Shown in pieces: positions 1-7,783 of a DNA stretch of 64,000 bases (the stretch's first letter is position 1; each line of letters opens with the position of its first letter). The notes below the pieces were generated by a model, which had not been told where the DNA came from, made no database searches, and worked only from the letters and a program-made list of their open reading frames with translations. Where the stretch lies: positions 7,089-71,088 of the forward strand of contig JBBSPS010000001.1 in assembly GCA_038258655.1 (NCBI GenBank), read 5' to 3'. Both the position numbers and the translations under genes were made by a program. Source of the DNA: Bacteroidia bacterium. Its GTDB lineage: Bacteria > Bacteroidota > Bacteroidia > 2-12-FULL-35-15.

Positions 1-998
1 CAACAACATTACTGACTTATCACATGTTCAAAAAAGCAGGATTAAATGTGGGCCTCGCTGGTAACGTAGGGGAAAGTTTTGCAATGCAGGTGGCAGAAAA
101 TGATTTTGATTATTACGTGATCGAGTTAAGCAGTTTTCAGTTGGATGGGATGGTTGATTTTAAAGCTGATATAGCGGTGTTACTAAATATCACACCGGAT
201 CATTTAGACAGGTATGATTATAAACTAGAAAATTATGCGGATTCAAAATTCAGAATAATACAAAATCAAACAGAAGCGGATGCATTCATTTATTGCATAG
301 ATGATCCGGTAACGGCAAAAGAAATTAAAAAAAAAACAATTAAAGCAAAACAATACCCTTTTTCGATCAAACAAAAAGTAGAGCAAGGCGCATACTTAAA
401 TGAAAAAAATGAACTCGTAATAAACACAAACAACTCTAATCCCTTATTTATGACACTACAAGAACTAGCGCTACAAGGTAAACACAACATCTATAATTCC
501 ATGGCGGCAGGAGTTACCGGGAAATTAGTAGAGATCAGAAAAGAAATAATTCGTGAAAGCCTTTCTGATTTTCATAACATTGACCATCGTTTAGAATTAG
601 TTGGCAATGTTCATGGTATCGAGTTTATCAACGACTCCAAAGCTACCAATATAAATTCAACCTGGTATGCCCTTGAAAGTATGAATAACCCTGTAATCCT
701 TATTTTGGGAGGTGTTGATAAAGGAAATGATTATTCCATGTTGAATGATCTTGTAAAAGAAAAAGTAAAAGCGATCATTTGTCTCGGTGCCGATAACAAA
801 AAAATCATCAAAGCATTTGGCGCAAAAGTGGAAACTATCCTGGAAGCCAAATCTGCGAAAGAAGCAGTAGCTCAAGCGTATAAATTAGGAAAGAAAGGGG
901 ATACTGTTTTATTATCACCTGCTTGCGCCAGTTTCGATTTATTCGAAAATTATGAAGATCGTGGAACGCAGTTTAAACAAGCCGTTCGAGCATTATAA
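1..998 (+). CDS. murD: UDP-N-acetylmuramoylalanine--D-glutamate ligase MurD, 5'-truncated by window edge
   Basis: Frame is open back to base 3, so the gene starts upstream of the window. Central and C-terminal Mur-ligase motifs are present (ITPDHLDRY, DHRLE, ILGGVDKGNDY, LLSPACASFD). Sits in the conserved dcw order ahead of ftsW. Confidence 0.9.
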   Translation, partial: TTLLTYHMFKKAGLNVGLAGNVGESFAMQVAENDFDYYVIELSSFQLDGMVDFKADIAVLLNITPDHLDRYDYKLENYADSKFRIIQNQTEADAFIYCIDDPVTAKEIKKKTIKAKQYPFSIKQKVEQGAYLNEKNELVINTNNSNPLFMTLQELALQGKHNIYNSMAAGVTGKLVEIRKEIIRESLSDFHNIDHRLELVGNVHGIEFINDSKATNINSTWYALESMNNPVILILGGVDKGNDYSMLNDLVKEKVKAIICLGADNKKIIKAFGAKVETILEAKSAKEAVAQAYKLGKKGDTVLLSPACASFDLFENYEDRGTQFKQAVRAL

Positions 999-1033
999 AT
1001 AAATAATGTGTTGGTGTTCTAAAAAATAAAAAA

Positions 1034-1534
1034 ATGTTAGAAAAAATAAAAAATAATGAAACACAGCAGGAGAATGCGTTGTTATCACGCCAACGAGTTC
1101 AATCATCTGGTGATGAGCATCAGTTAGAGTTCGTTGCAGAAGTGAATGGTATCACTTACATCAACGATGCAAAATCTATCCGGTTAACCGCTACAAGGAA
1201 TTCATTAGAGAAAATTGAAACCTCTGTAGTACTTATCACTGGAGGAGGGGATCGTGGAAATGATTATTCCACATTATCTCAGCAAGTGAAACAAAAAGTA
1301 GTCGCAATCATTTACTTAGGGAATTATAGTGATGAAATATTGAAACATTATTCATGGCACTCTATGCTTTTTACGAAAGCTGCATCAATTAGTGAGGCAG
1401 TTGTATTGTCTTCCTGTTATGCAAAATCAGGAGATGCAGTATTGTTTTCACCTGCATGTAATAATTCCGTTGATAATTATAAAACAAGAGGTAATGAGTT
1501 TAAATCATATGTAAATAGCTTACCAAGAAAATGA
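1034..1534 (+). CDS. Stand-alone Mur ligase C-terminal domain protein, a paralog of the MurD C-terminal domain with no ligase core
   Basis: 166 aa ORF aligns to the C-terminal 135 aa of the adjacent MurD at roughly 40-45% identity. Matching blocks: HQLEFVAEVNGITYINDAKS vs HRLELVGNVHGIEFINDSKA; VVLITGGGDRGNDYS vs VILILGGVDKGNDYS; GDAVLFSPAC...RGNEFK vs GDTVLLSPAC...RGTQFK. Its stop overlaps the ftsW ATG (ATGA). Confidence 0.6.
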   Translation: MLEKIKNNETQQENALLSRQRVQSSGDEHQLEFVAEVNGITYINDAKSIRLTATRNSLEKIETSVVLITGGGDRGNDYSTLSQQVKQKVVAIIYLGNYSDEILKHYSWHSMLFTKAASISEAVVLSSCYAKSGDAVLFSPACNNSVDNYKTRGNEFKSYVNSLPRK

Positions 1535-2682
1535 ATTTGTTTAAGCACATAAAAGGTGATAAAGTAATTTGGACAATCGTATTGCTGCTTTCTTTATTGT
1601 CTGTATTGGTAGTTTATAGTTCAGTTGTAGCATTGGCGTATCGTTATAGAGAAGGTGATACAGCATCTTATCTAATAAAACATATTTTTATTGTAGGCTC
1701 GGGAATTTTTTTAATGTATTTTATTCATAAAGTAAAATATTCTTACTTTTCACGCATATCGCAGATTGCTATTTTTTTAGCAGCCCCACTATTACTTTAT
1801 ACATTGTTAAAAGGTGTGAGTGCCGGTGAAGCAAGCCGTTGGTTGGCAATCCCAGGGACATCATTAACGTTTCAAACATCAGATTTCGCAAAGCTTGCTT
1901 TAATAACATATGTAGCCCGTATGTTATCTGTCAAACAAAGTGTGATCAAGGATTTCAGACAAGCATTTTTACCTATCGTAACTCCTATTCTAATTATTTG
2001 TGCGCTGATCTTACCCGCGAATTTTTCTACGGCAGCATTATTATTTTTAACCTGCCTGGTATTGATGTTTATTGGAAGAGTGAATGCAAAACATTTGCTT
2101 TTACTTATTGGTTCAGGAATTGTATTTGTAGCATTATTAATTGTATTGATATTTAATTTTCCAACGGTCATCAAACGTGGAGAAACCTGGAAAGCACGAA
2201 TTGAAAATTTCAGAAAAGGTGATAGCGAAAGTAATTTCCAAGCCGAACAAGCAAAGATCGCCATCGCTACAGGTGGCATTGTTGGTAAGGGTCCGGGTAA
2301 TAGTATGCAACGCAATTTTTTACCACAAGCATCATCTGATTTTATTTTTGCTATTGTAATAGAAGAATGGGGCTTGATCTCAGCCATCGTGATTGTGTTC
2401 TTGTATGTTATTTTATTATTTCGCGGAGTACGCATTGCCAATAGAAGTGAACGAACATTTGGCAGTTTACTTGCTATAGGATTGACATTTAGTTTGGTAT
2501 TTCAAGCCATGGTAAATATGGCTGTGGCTGTAAATTTATTTCCGGTAACCGGTCAGCCTCTGCCATTAATAAGTATGGGCGGAACATCTATTTGGTTCAC
2601 AAGTATTGCTATAGGAATGATATTAAGTATTAGCGGTGAAACCGAAATTGCTAAAGAAGGAGGCCAGCTTGAAACCGCTTAA
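1531..2682 (+). CDS. ftsW: Cell division protein FtsW (SEDS-family peptidoglycan glycosyltransferase)
   Basis: Ten-TM protein with the SEDS motif block AIATGGIVGKGPGNSMQRNFLPQASSDFIFAIVIEEWG. Lies between murD and murG. Confidence 0.9.
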   Translation: MNLFKHIKGDKVIWTIVLLLSLLSVLVVYSSVVALAYRYREGDTASYLIKHIFIVGSGIFLMYFIHKVKYSYFSRISQIAIFLAAPLLLYTLLKGVSAGEASRWLAIPGTSLTFQTSDFAKLALITYVARMLSVKQSVIKDFRQAFLPIVTPILIICALILPANFSTAALLFLTCLVLMFIGRVNAKHLLLLIGSGIVFVALLIVLIFNFPTVIKRGETWKARIENFRKGDSESNFQAEQAKIAIATGGIVGKGPGNSMQRNFLPQASSDFIFAIVIEEWGLISAIVIVFLYVILLFRGVRIANRSERTFGSLLAIGLTFSLVFQAMVNMAVAVNLFPVTGQPLPLISMGGTSIWFTSIAIGMILSISGETEIAKEGGQLETA

Positions 2683-3778
2683 AATTATAGTAAGTGGAGG
2701 CGGTACAGGTGGGCATATTTTTCCTGCTATCGCTATTGCTAACGCTATTAAAGGGTTACGGCCTGATACGGAATTTTTATTTGTTGGCGCTGAGGGAAAA
2801 ATGGAAATGGAAAAAGTTCCTGCGGCGGGCTACAAGATCGAAGGACTTTGGATCAGTGGTTTTCAACGTAAACTGACACTATCAAATTTAGCTTTTCCAT
2901 TTAAAGTGATCAGTAGTTTGATGAGAGCGAAAAAAATTTTAAGATCATTTAATCCAAACGCGGTGATTGGTACTGGTGGTTTCGCAAGCGGTCCCATGTT
3001 ACAGGTTGCTGCAAATAAAGGCATTGTTACATTGATCCAGGAACAAAACTCATATCCGGGGATAACAAATAAAATTCTCGCGAAAAAAGTAAATAAAATT
3101 TGTGTAGCCTATTCAGGAATGGAAAAATATTTTCCGAAGGAAAAAATTCTTTTAACAGGTAACCCTGTTAGACAGGACATATTGGGTTTAGAAGGCAAAC
3201 GTGACAGAGGATTGGAAACATTTGATTTACGTTCTGATAAAAAAATAATTTTAGTGATCGGAGGAAGCTTAGGCGCGCGTACTATTAACGAGAGCATTAT
3301 AAAATGTTTGGAAACATTTACTCAAAATAATATTCAGTTAGTATGGCAGACAGGCAAAGGGTTTTATGAAACAGCCAAACAAGCGGTTGCTAAATATGAA
3401 GGTAAAGGAATTACTGCATTTGATTTTATTCAAAAAATGGATCATGCGTATGCTGTGGCAGATATCGTGATATCACGTGCAGGAGCAAGTTCAGTGTCGG
3501 AATTATGTTTGGTAAAAAAACCGTGTATTTTAATTCCTTTGCCTAATGCAGCGGAAGACCATCAGACAAAAAATGCAATGGCATTAGTAACGTATAATGC
3601 AGCCGTTTTAATAAAAGATGCAGATGCTCGTGAGCAATTATGTAATGAAACATTCGCGTTACTAAATGATCCGGAGAAATGTTACAAGTTATCTGAAAAC
3701 ATTGCAAGGCTTGCTTTTCATGATTCCGCAAATGTGATAGCAAATGAAGTACTGAGTTTGATTAATAGTAAGAAGTGA
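2636..3778 (+). CDS. murG: UDP-N-acetylglucosamine--N-acetylmuramyl-(pentapeptide) pyrophosphoryl-undecaprenol N-acetylglucosamine transferase MurG
   Basis: G-loop IIVSGGGTGGHIFPA plus a GT28 C-terminal domain. The ORF track starts at GTG 2636, inside the ftsW 3' end. A more likely start is TTG 2669, 5 nt after AAGGAGG, giving MKPLKIIVSGGG. Confidence 0.9.
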   Translation: MKPKLLKKEASLKPLKIIVSGGGTGGHIFPAIAIANAIKGLRPDTEFLFVGAEGKMEMEKVPAAGYKIEGLWISGFQRKLTLSNLAFPFKVISSLMRAKKILRSFNPNAVIGTGGFASGPMLQVAANKGIVTLIQEQNSYPGITNKILAKKVNKICVAYSGMEKYFPKEKILLTGNPVRQDILGLEGKRDRGLETFDLRSDKKIILVIGGSLGARTINESIIKCLETFTQNNIQLVWQTGKGFYETAKQAVAKYEGKGITAFDFIQKMDHAYAVADIVISRAGASSVSELCLVKKPCILIPLPNAAEDHQTKNAMALVTYNAAVLIKDADAREQLCNETFALLNDPEKCYKLSENIARLAFHDSANVIANEVLSLINSKK

Positions 3779-3810
3779 TAAGTGATAAGTTATAAGTTGT
3801 AAGTGATAAG
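3775..3810. repeat. Degenerate heptamer tandem repeat (GTGATAA GTGATAA GTTATAA GTTGTAA GTGATAA) overlapping the murG stop, 12 nt before murC
   Basis: Five contiguous 7-mers read directly from the sequence. The same heptamer family recurs at 49474-49496 and, in reverse complement, at 52593-52623. Confidence 0.5.
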
Positions 3811-3821
3811 AACAACAACAA

Positions 3822-5225
3822 ATGGAATTGAGTAACATAAAATATGTTTATTTCCTTGGTATCGGCGGCATCGGCATGAGCGCACTAGCACGCTATTTTA
3901 AAGCTATGGGCAAAAATGTGAGCGGCTATGATAAAACTCCGACCAAACTTACGGATGAATTAATTGCTGAAGGAATCGATATTCATTTCGAAGATAATAT
4001 TCGTTTTATACCAAAAGCGATTAAAGAACTTCCTTATGATACAGAAAACATTTTAATCGTATATACGCCTGCCGTTCCAAAAGACCACAGCGAGTATGTT
4101 TTTTTTAGTTTAAATGGGTTTAACATTAAAAAACGTGCAGAAGTATTGGGGATGATAACATCCACCTCACATACAATCGCTGTGGCCGGAACGCATGGTA
4201 AAACAACAACATCATCATTGATCGCTCATATTTTAAAAACTGCAGGGCTTGATCCGTCTGCATTTTTAGGTGGTATTACACAAAATTATGGTACTAATTT
4301 ATTGTTGAGCTCAAATCTGAAAACTAACAACCAACAACTGACAACTAACGATTTAATAGTAGTAGAAGCCGATGAATACGATCGTTCATTCTTAACACTA
4401 CATCCTGAAATAGCAGTAATAACTTCCGTTGATCCGGATCATTTAGATATTTACGGTAATGAAAAATACATGCAGGAGTCCTATTCATTATTCGCGAGTC
4501 AGGTAAAATCAAAATTGATCTTAAAAAAAAGTATTGTATCTAAAATAAATGCCTCAAAAAAAGCAATTACGTATTCTGTTAGTGATCCTACAGCAGGTTA
4601 TTTTGCTCAAGAAATTGAAATTAAAGATGGAGCTTATCATTATGAGGTAGTTACTCCTACAAATGTATTTTATGATATAACCTTAGGGTTACCGGGCTTG
4701 CATAACGTAGAAAACTCAATAGCTGCTGTTGCTGTTGCCTGTGAAATGGGTATTTCAGAAGATAACATCCGCAAGGCACTAAGTTCATTCTGTGGGGTAA
4801 AAAGGCGATTTGATTACCAAATAAAAACAGACAAATTAATTTTTATTGATGATTACGCACATCATCCAGAAGAATTAAAAGCCTGCATCAGTTCTGCAAA
4901 GGAAATGTACCCGAATAAAAAAATTACCGGAATATTTCAGCCGCATTTATTTTCACGAACACGCGATTTCGCGGATGAGTTTGCCCGAAGCCTCGACCTG
5001 TTAGATGAATGTATTCTTATGGAAATTTATCCCGCACGTGAATTACCGATTGAAGGAGTGAATTCACAAATGCTACTGGATAAAATGAGATCAACGAATA
5101 AAAGTATTTGTAGTAAAGAAGAGTTGGTGGAAGAAGTAAGTAAACGAAAGTTAGATGTGTTGCTCACATTAGGAGCCGGTGATATTGATACGTTCGTAGA
5201 ACCGTTGAAGAATAAATTATTTTAA
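3822..5225 (+). CDS. murC: UDP-N-acetylmuramate--L-alanine ligase MurC
   Basis: N-terminal GIGGIGMSALA, P-loop GTHGKTTTSS, and a full-length Mur ligase architecture. Confidence 0.92.
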   Translation: MELSNIKYVYFLGIGGIGMSALARYFKAMGKNVSGYDKTPTKLTDELIAEGIDIHFEDNIRFIPKAIKELPYDTENILIVYTPAVPKDHSEYVFFSLNGFNIKKRAEVLGMITSTSHTIAVAGTHGKTTTSSLIAHILKTAGLDPSAFLGGITQNYGTNLLLSSNLKTNNQQLTTNDLIVVEADEYDRSFLTLHPEIAVITSVDPDHLDIYGNEKYMQESYSLFASQVKSKLILKKSIVSKINASKKAITYSVSDPTAGYFAQEIEIKDGAYHYEVVTPTNVFYDITLGLPGLHNVENSIAAVAVACEMGISEDNIRKALSSFCGVKRRFDYQIKTDKLIFIDDYAHHPEELKACISSAKEMYPNKKITGIFQPHLFSRTRDFADEFARSLDLLDECILMEIYPARELPIEGVNSQMLLDKMRSTNKSICSKEELVEEVSKRKLDVLLTLGAGDIDTFVEPLKNKLF

Positions 5226-5240
5226 AAAAGATAACACACA

Positions 5241-5285
5241 CTTCGACTACGCTCAGTGTGACAGTCAATCTGAGCGTAGTCGAAG
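5241..5285 (+). other. Perfect 16 bp inverted repeat (hairpin) in the murC-ftsQ spacer, with no downstream T-run
   Basis: CTTCGACTACGCTCAG, a 13 nt loop, then CTGAGCGTAGTCGAAG. Its arms are related to the hairpin at 35323-35380. It shares the 11-mer TCAATCTGAGC with 7605-7615. Confidence 0.6.
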
Positions 5286-5323
5286 ATTGTGGGAAGGGTA
5301 AATATTATTAGGTTGAATTATAA

Positions 5324-6166
5324 TTGAAAAAATTTAAAAAAATAGCATTTATTACAATATGGTCGGTTTTAATTATCGGCTTGTTGTTAAGTATGGGTTT
5401 TGTAAACAAAGAACAGGATTCATTGCCTTGCAAAAGCCTTGATATTAGAGTAAACCAAGATGATGACTTATATTTTTTAAATAAAATGGATATTCAGCAA
5501 TTGATTCGTGACAGAGGGGATTCAATTATCGGTCAACCGAAATCAACTGTAAATATTCCTGCATTAGAGCATGCATTGAACAGTCATGCGGATATCGCTA
5601 ATGCTGAAGTGTACATGACTGTGAATGGTGAAGTAAAAGTGGAGATAAAACAACGCAAACCAGTACTACGTGTTATCAATGCCAATGGTGATAGTTATTA
5701 TATAGATAGTGAAGGAAAATTAATGCCACTTTCAGATAAATACACCGCAAAAGTATTAGTGGCAAATGGAATTATTTTAGAACCGTATGCTAAACGATAC
5801 ATGTATTCTATTGAACAAATTGGAAAAGATAGTTCGATGAGAGTAAACAGTATGTTGGATGAACTATACGCAATGACAAGTTATATCAATGAAGACGAAT
5901 TCTGGAAAGCGCAAATCCAGCAAATCTATATAAATAGTGATAAAGATATGGAATTAGTGCCAATGGTAGGCGATGAAAAAATAATTTTTGGCGATACAAC
6001 TTCAATGGATGAAAAATTTAAAAAGCTGCTAACCTTTTATCAGCAAGGCTTAAATACTACAGGTTGGTGGTACAAATATTCAACAATAAATTTAAAATTT
6101 AAAAATCAGATTGTTTGTACAAAAAAACAGAATCACAATGGAACGCATAACGCAGATGATTTATGA
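5324..6166 (+). CDS. ftsQ: Cell division protein FtsQ (POTRA domain, single N-terminal TM)
   Basis: N-terminal TM helix followed by a POTRA-like region. Positioned between murC and ftsA. The TTG start at 5324 is from the ORF track; an internal ATG at 5393 is an alternative. Confidence 0.7.
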   Translation: MKKFKKIAFITIWSVLIIGLLLSMGFVNKEQDSLPCKSLDIRVNQDDDLYFLNKMDIQQLIRDRGDSIIGQPKSTVNIPALEHALNSHADIANAEVYMTVNGEVKVEIKQRKPVLRVINANGDSYYIDSEGKLMPLSDKYTAKVLVANGIILEPYAKRYMYSIEQIGKDSSMRVNSMLDELYAMTSYINEDEFWKAQIQQIYINSDKDMELVPMVGDEKIIFGDTTSMDEKFKKLLTFYQQGLNTTGWWYKYSTINLKFKNQIVCTKKQNHNGTHNADDL

Positions 6167-6296
6167 TAACACAGATATAAAAAAATTAAACAAATCATAT
6201 CTAATCATAACAATTCAGCGTCATCAGCGTTCTATTTTTGGCGGCTAAATAGTAATGAGTTATTAAATCAGAAAGAACTAATTAAATAATATAACA

Positions 6297-7565
6297 ATGG
6301 AACCATCAGAAATTGTAGTAGGCTTGGACATCGGAACAACAAAAATTGTGGCTATTGTAGGCCGCAGAAATGAATTCGGAAAAATTGAAATACTGGGAAT
6401 GGGGAAATCCGAGTCATTTGGTGTTGCACGTGGCGTAGTTCAAAATATTGACCAGACTGTGCAATCCATTCGCGCTGCCGTAGCTGAAGCCGAAACTAAA
6501 TCGGGAGTAGATATTAAAGTAGTGAATGTAGGCATTGCAGGGCAACATATAAAAAGTATGCAAAGTCGTGGCAGCAAAACACGTTCAAATATTGAAGAAG
6601 AAATTGCGCAAAAAGATATAGACTCCTTGATCGATGATATGTTTAAATTGATGATGCAGCCTGGTGAAGAAATTATTCATGTGCTTCCTCAGGAATACAT
6701 TATTGATAATGAACAAGGAATTAAAAATCCCATCGGTATGGCTGGGATCCGTCTGGAAGCCAATTTTCACATCATCACAGGGCAAATTGCTGCTGCACGA
6801 AATATTTATAAATGCGTTCACAAAGCAGGTTTAGAAGTTTCTGAATTAACATTGGAACCTCTCGCTTCCGCAGATGCTGTATTAAGTTCTGAAGAAAAAG
6901 AAGCAGGAGTTGTATTGGTTGATATTGGAGGCGGAACAACGGACATTGCTATTTTCCAGGATGGAATAATCCGTCATACTGCTGTAATTCCATTTGGTGG
7001 AAATGTAATTACGGAAGATATTAAAGAAGGCTGTACTATTATAAAAAACCAGGCAGAATTATTAAAAATAAAATTTGGTTCAGCTTTGGCAAGTGAGAAT
7101 CAGGAGAACGAAATAGTTTCCATTCCGGGATTAAGAGGTCGTGCTCACAAAGAAATTTCAGTACGAAATTTATCAGCGATCATACAAGCACGCATGGAAG
7201 AAATTGTAGAACATGTGTATTATGAAATTAAAAATTCCGGGTACGAAAAAAAACTGATCGCAGGGATTGTAGTTACGGGTGGTGGAGCCCAGTTGAAACA
7301 TGTTCCACAATTAGTGGAATACATTACCGGAATGGATACGCGGGTAGGTTATCCGAATGAGCATTTGGCAAAAGGGACACAGGATGTTGCCAGCCCGATG
7401 TTTGCAACCGCTGTAGGACTTGTTATGAAAGGATTACAAACCCTTGAAAAACAAAGTAAGAAAAATAGCATAACAAGTACAACAACAATTAAAGGGCATT
7501 CAGAAGAAAAATCAACAGGCTTTTTAGATAAATTAAAAAAGTTTTTTGATGATGATTCAGCTTAA
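6297..7565 (+). CDS. ftsA: Cell division protein FtsA
   Basis: Actin-like ATPase motifs VGLDIGTTKIVAIV and DIGGGTTDIAIF. Immediately precedes ftsZ. Confidence 0.92.
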   Translation: MEPSEIVVGLDIGTTKIVAIVGRRNEFGKIEILGMGKSESFGVARGVVQNIDQTVQSIRAAVAEAETKSGVDIKVVNVGIAGQHIKSMQSRGSKTRSNIEEEIAQKDIDSLIDDMFKLMMQPGEEIIHVLPQEYIIDNEQGIKNPIGMAGIRLEANFHIITGQIAAARNIYKCVHKAGLEVSELTLEPLASADAVLSSEEKEAGVVLVDIGGGTTDIAIFQDGIIRHTAVIPFGGNVITEDIKEGCTIIKNQAELLKIKFGSALASENQENEIVSIPGLRGRAHKEISVRNLSAIIQARMEEIVEHVYYEIKNSGYEKKLIAGIVVTGGGAQLKHVPQLVEYITGMDTRVGYPNEHLAKGTQDVASPMFATAVGLVMKGLQTLEKQSKKNSITSTTTIKGHSEEKSTGFLDKLKKFFDDDSA

Positions 7566-7584
7566 CAGTGCTTTTTGAGTTAAG

Positions 7585-7626
7585 AGTGACGGAACTGCGC
7601 ATAATCAATCTGAGCCTGTCTCAGAG
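7585..7626 (+). other. Short structured element in the ftsA-ftsZ spacer, related to the murC-ftsQ hairpin
   Basis: Shares TCAATCTGAGC and a GTGACRG segment with 5255-5275. Contains a small CTGAG/CTCAG stem. Confidence 0.4.
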
Positions 7627-7783
7627 AGTTTGATGGACGCAAAAAGGTGTCGAAATTAACACTGCAAAGTTAGTAACTAAGAGGAAGCATGTTAATTCTA
7701 CATTAAAAAAAGAGGCAAATTTATACCGGTGAAAATAATATCGGCTGAAAAGCAATAATATCAACCATTTTAAATAAAACAAT

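Noticed and set aside
1872-2441. 189 aa antisense ORF inside ftsW, and other antisense or overlapping ORFs (1839-2156, 33438-33956, 39462-39788, 61867-62260 and similar)
   Set aside because: Each is fully embedded in a well-supported gene on the opposite strand or in another frame, with low-complexity translations. They are spurious.
3775-3810. Heptamer GATAAGT arrays resemble Fur-box GATAAT hexamer arrays
   Set aside because: The periodicity is 7 rather than 6, there is no 19 bp palindrome, and the location is at stop/start junctions inside operons rather than in promoters.
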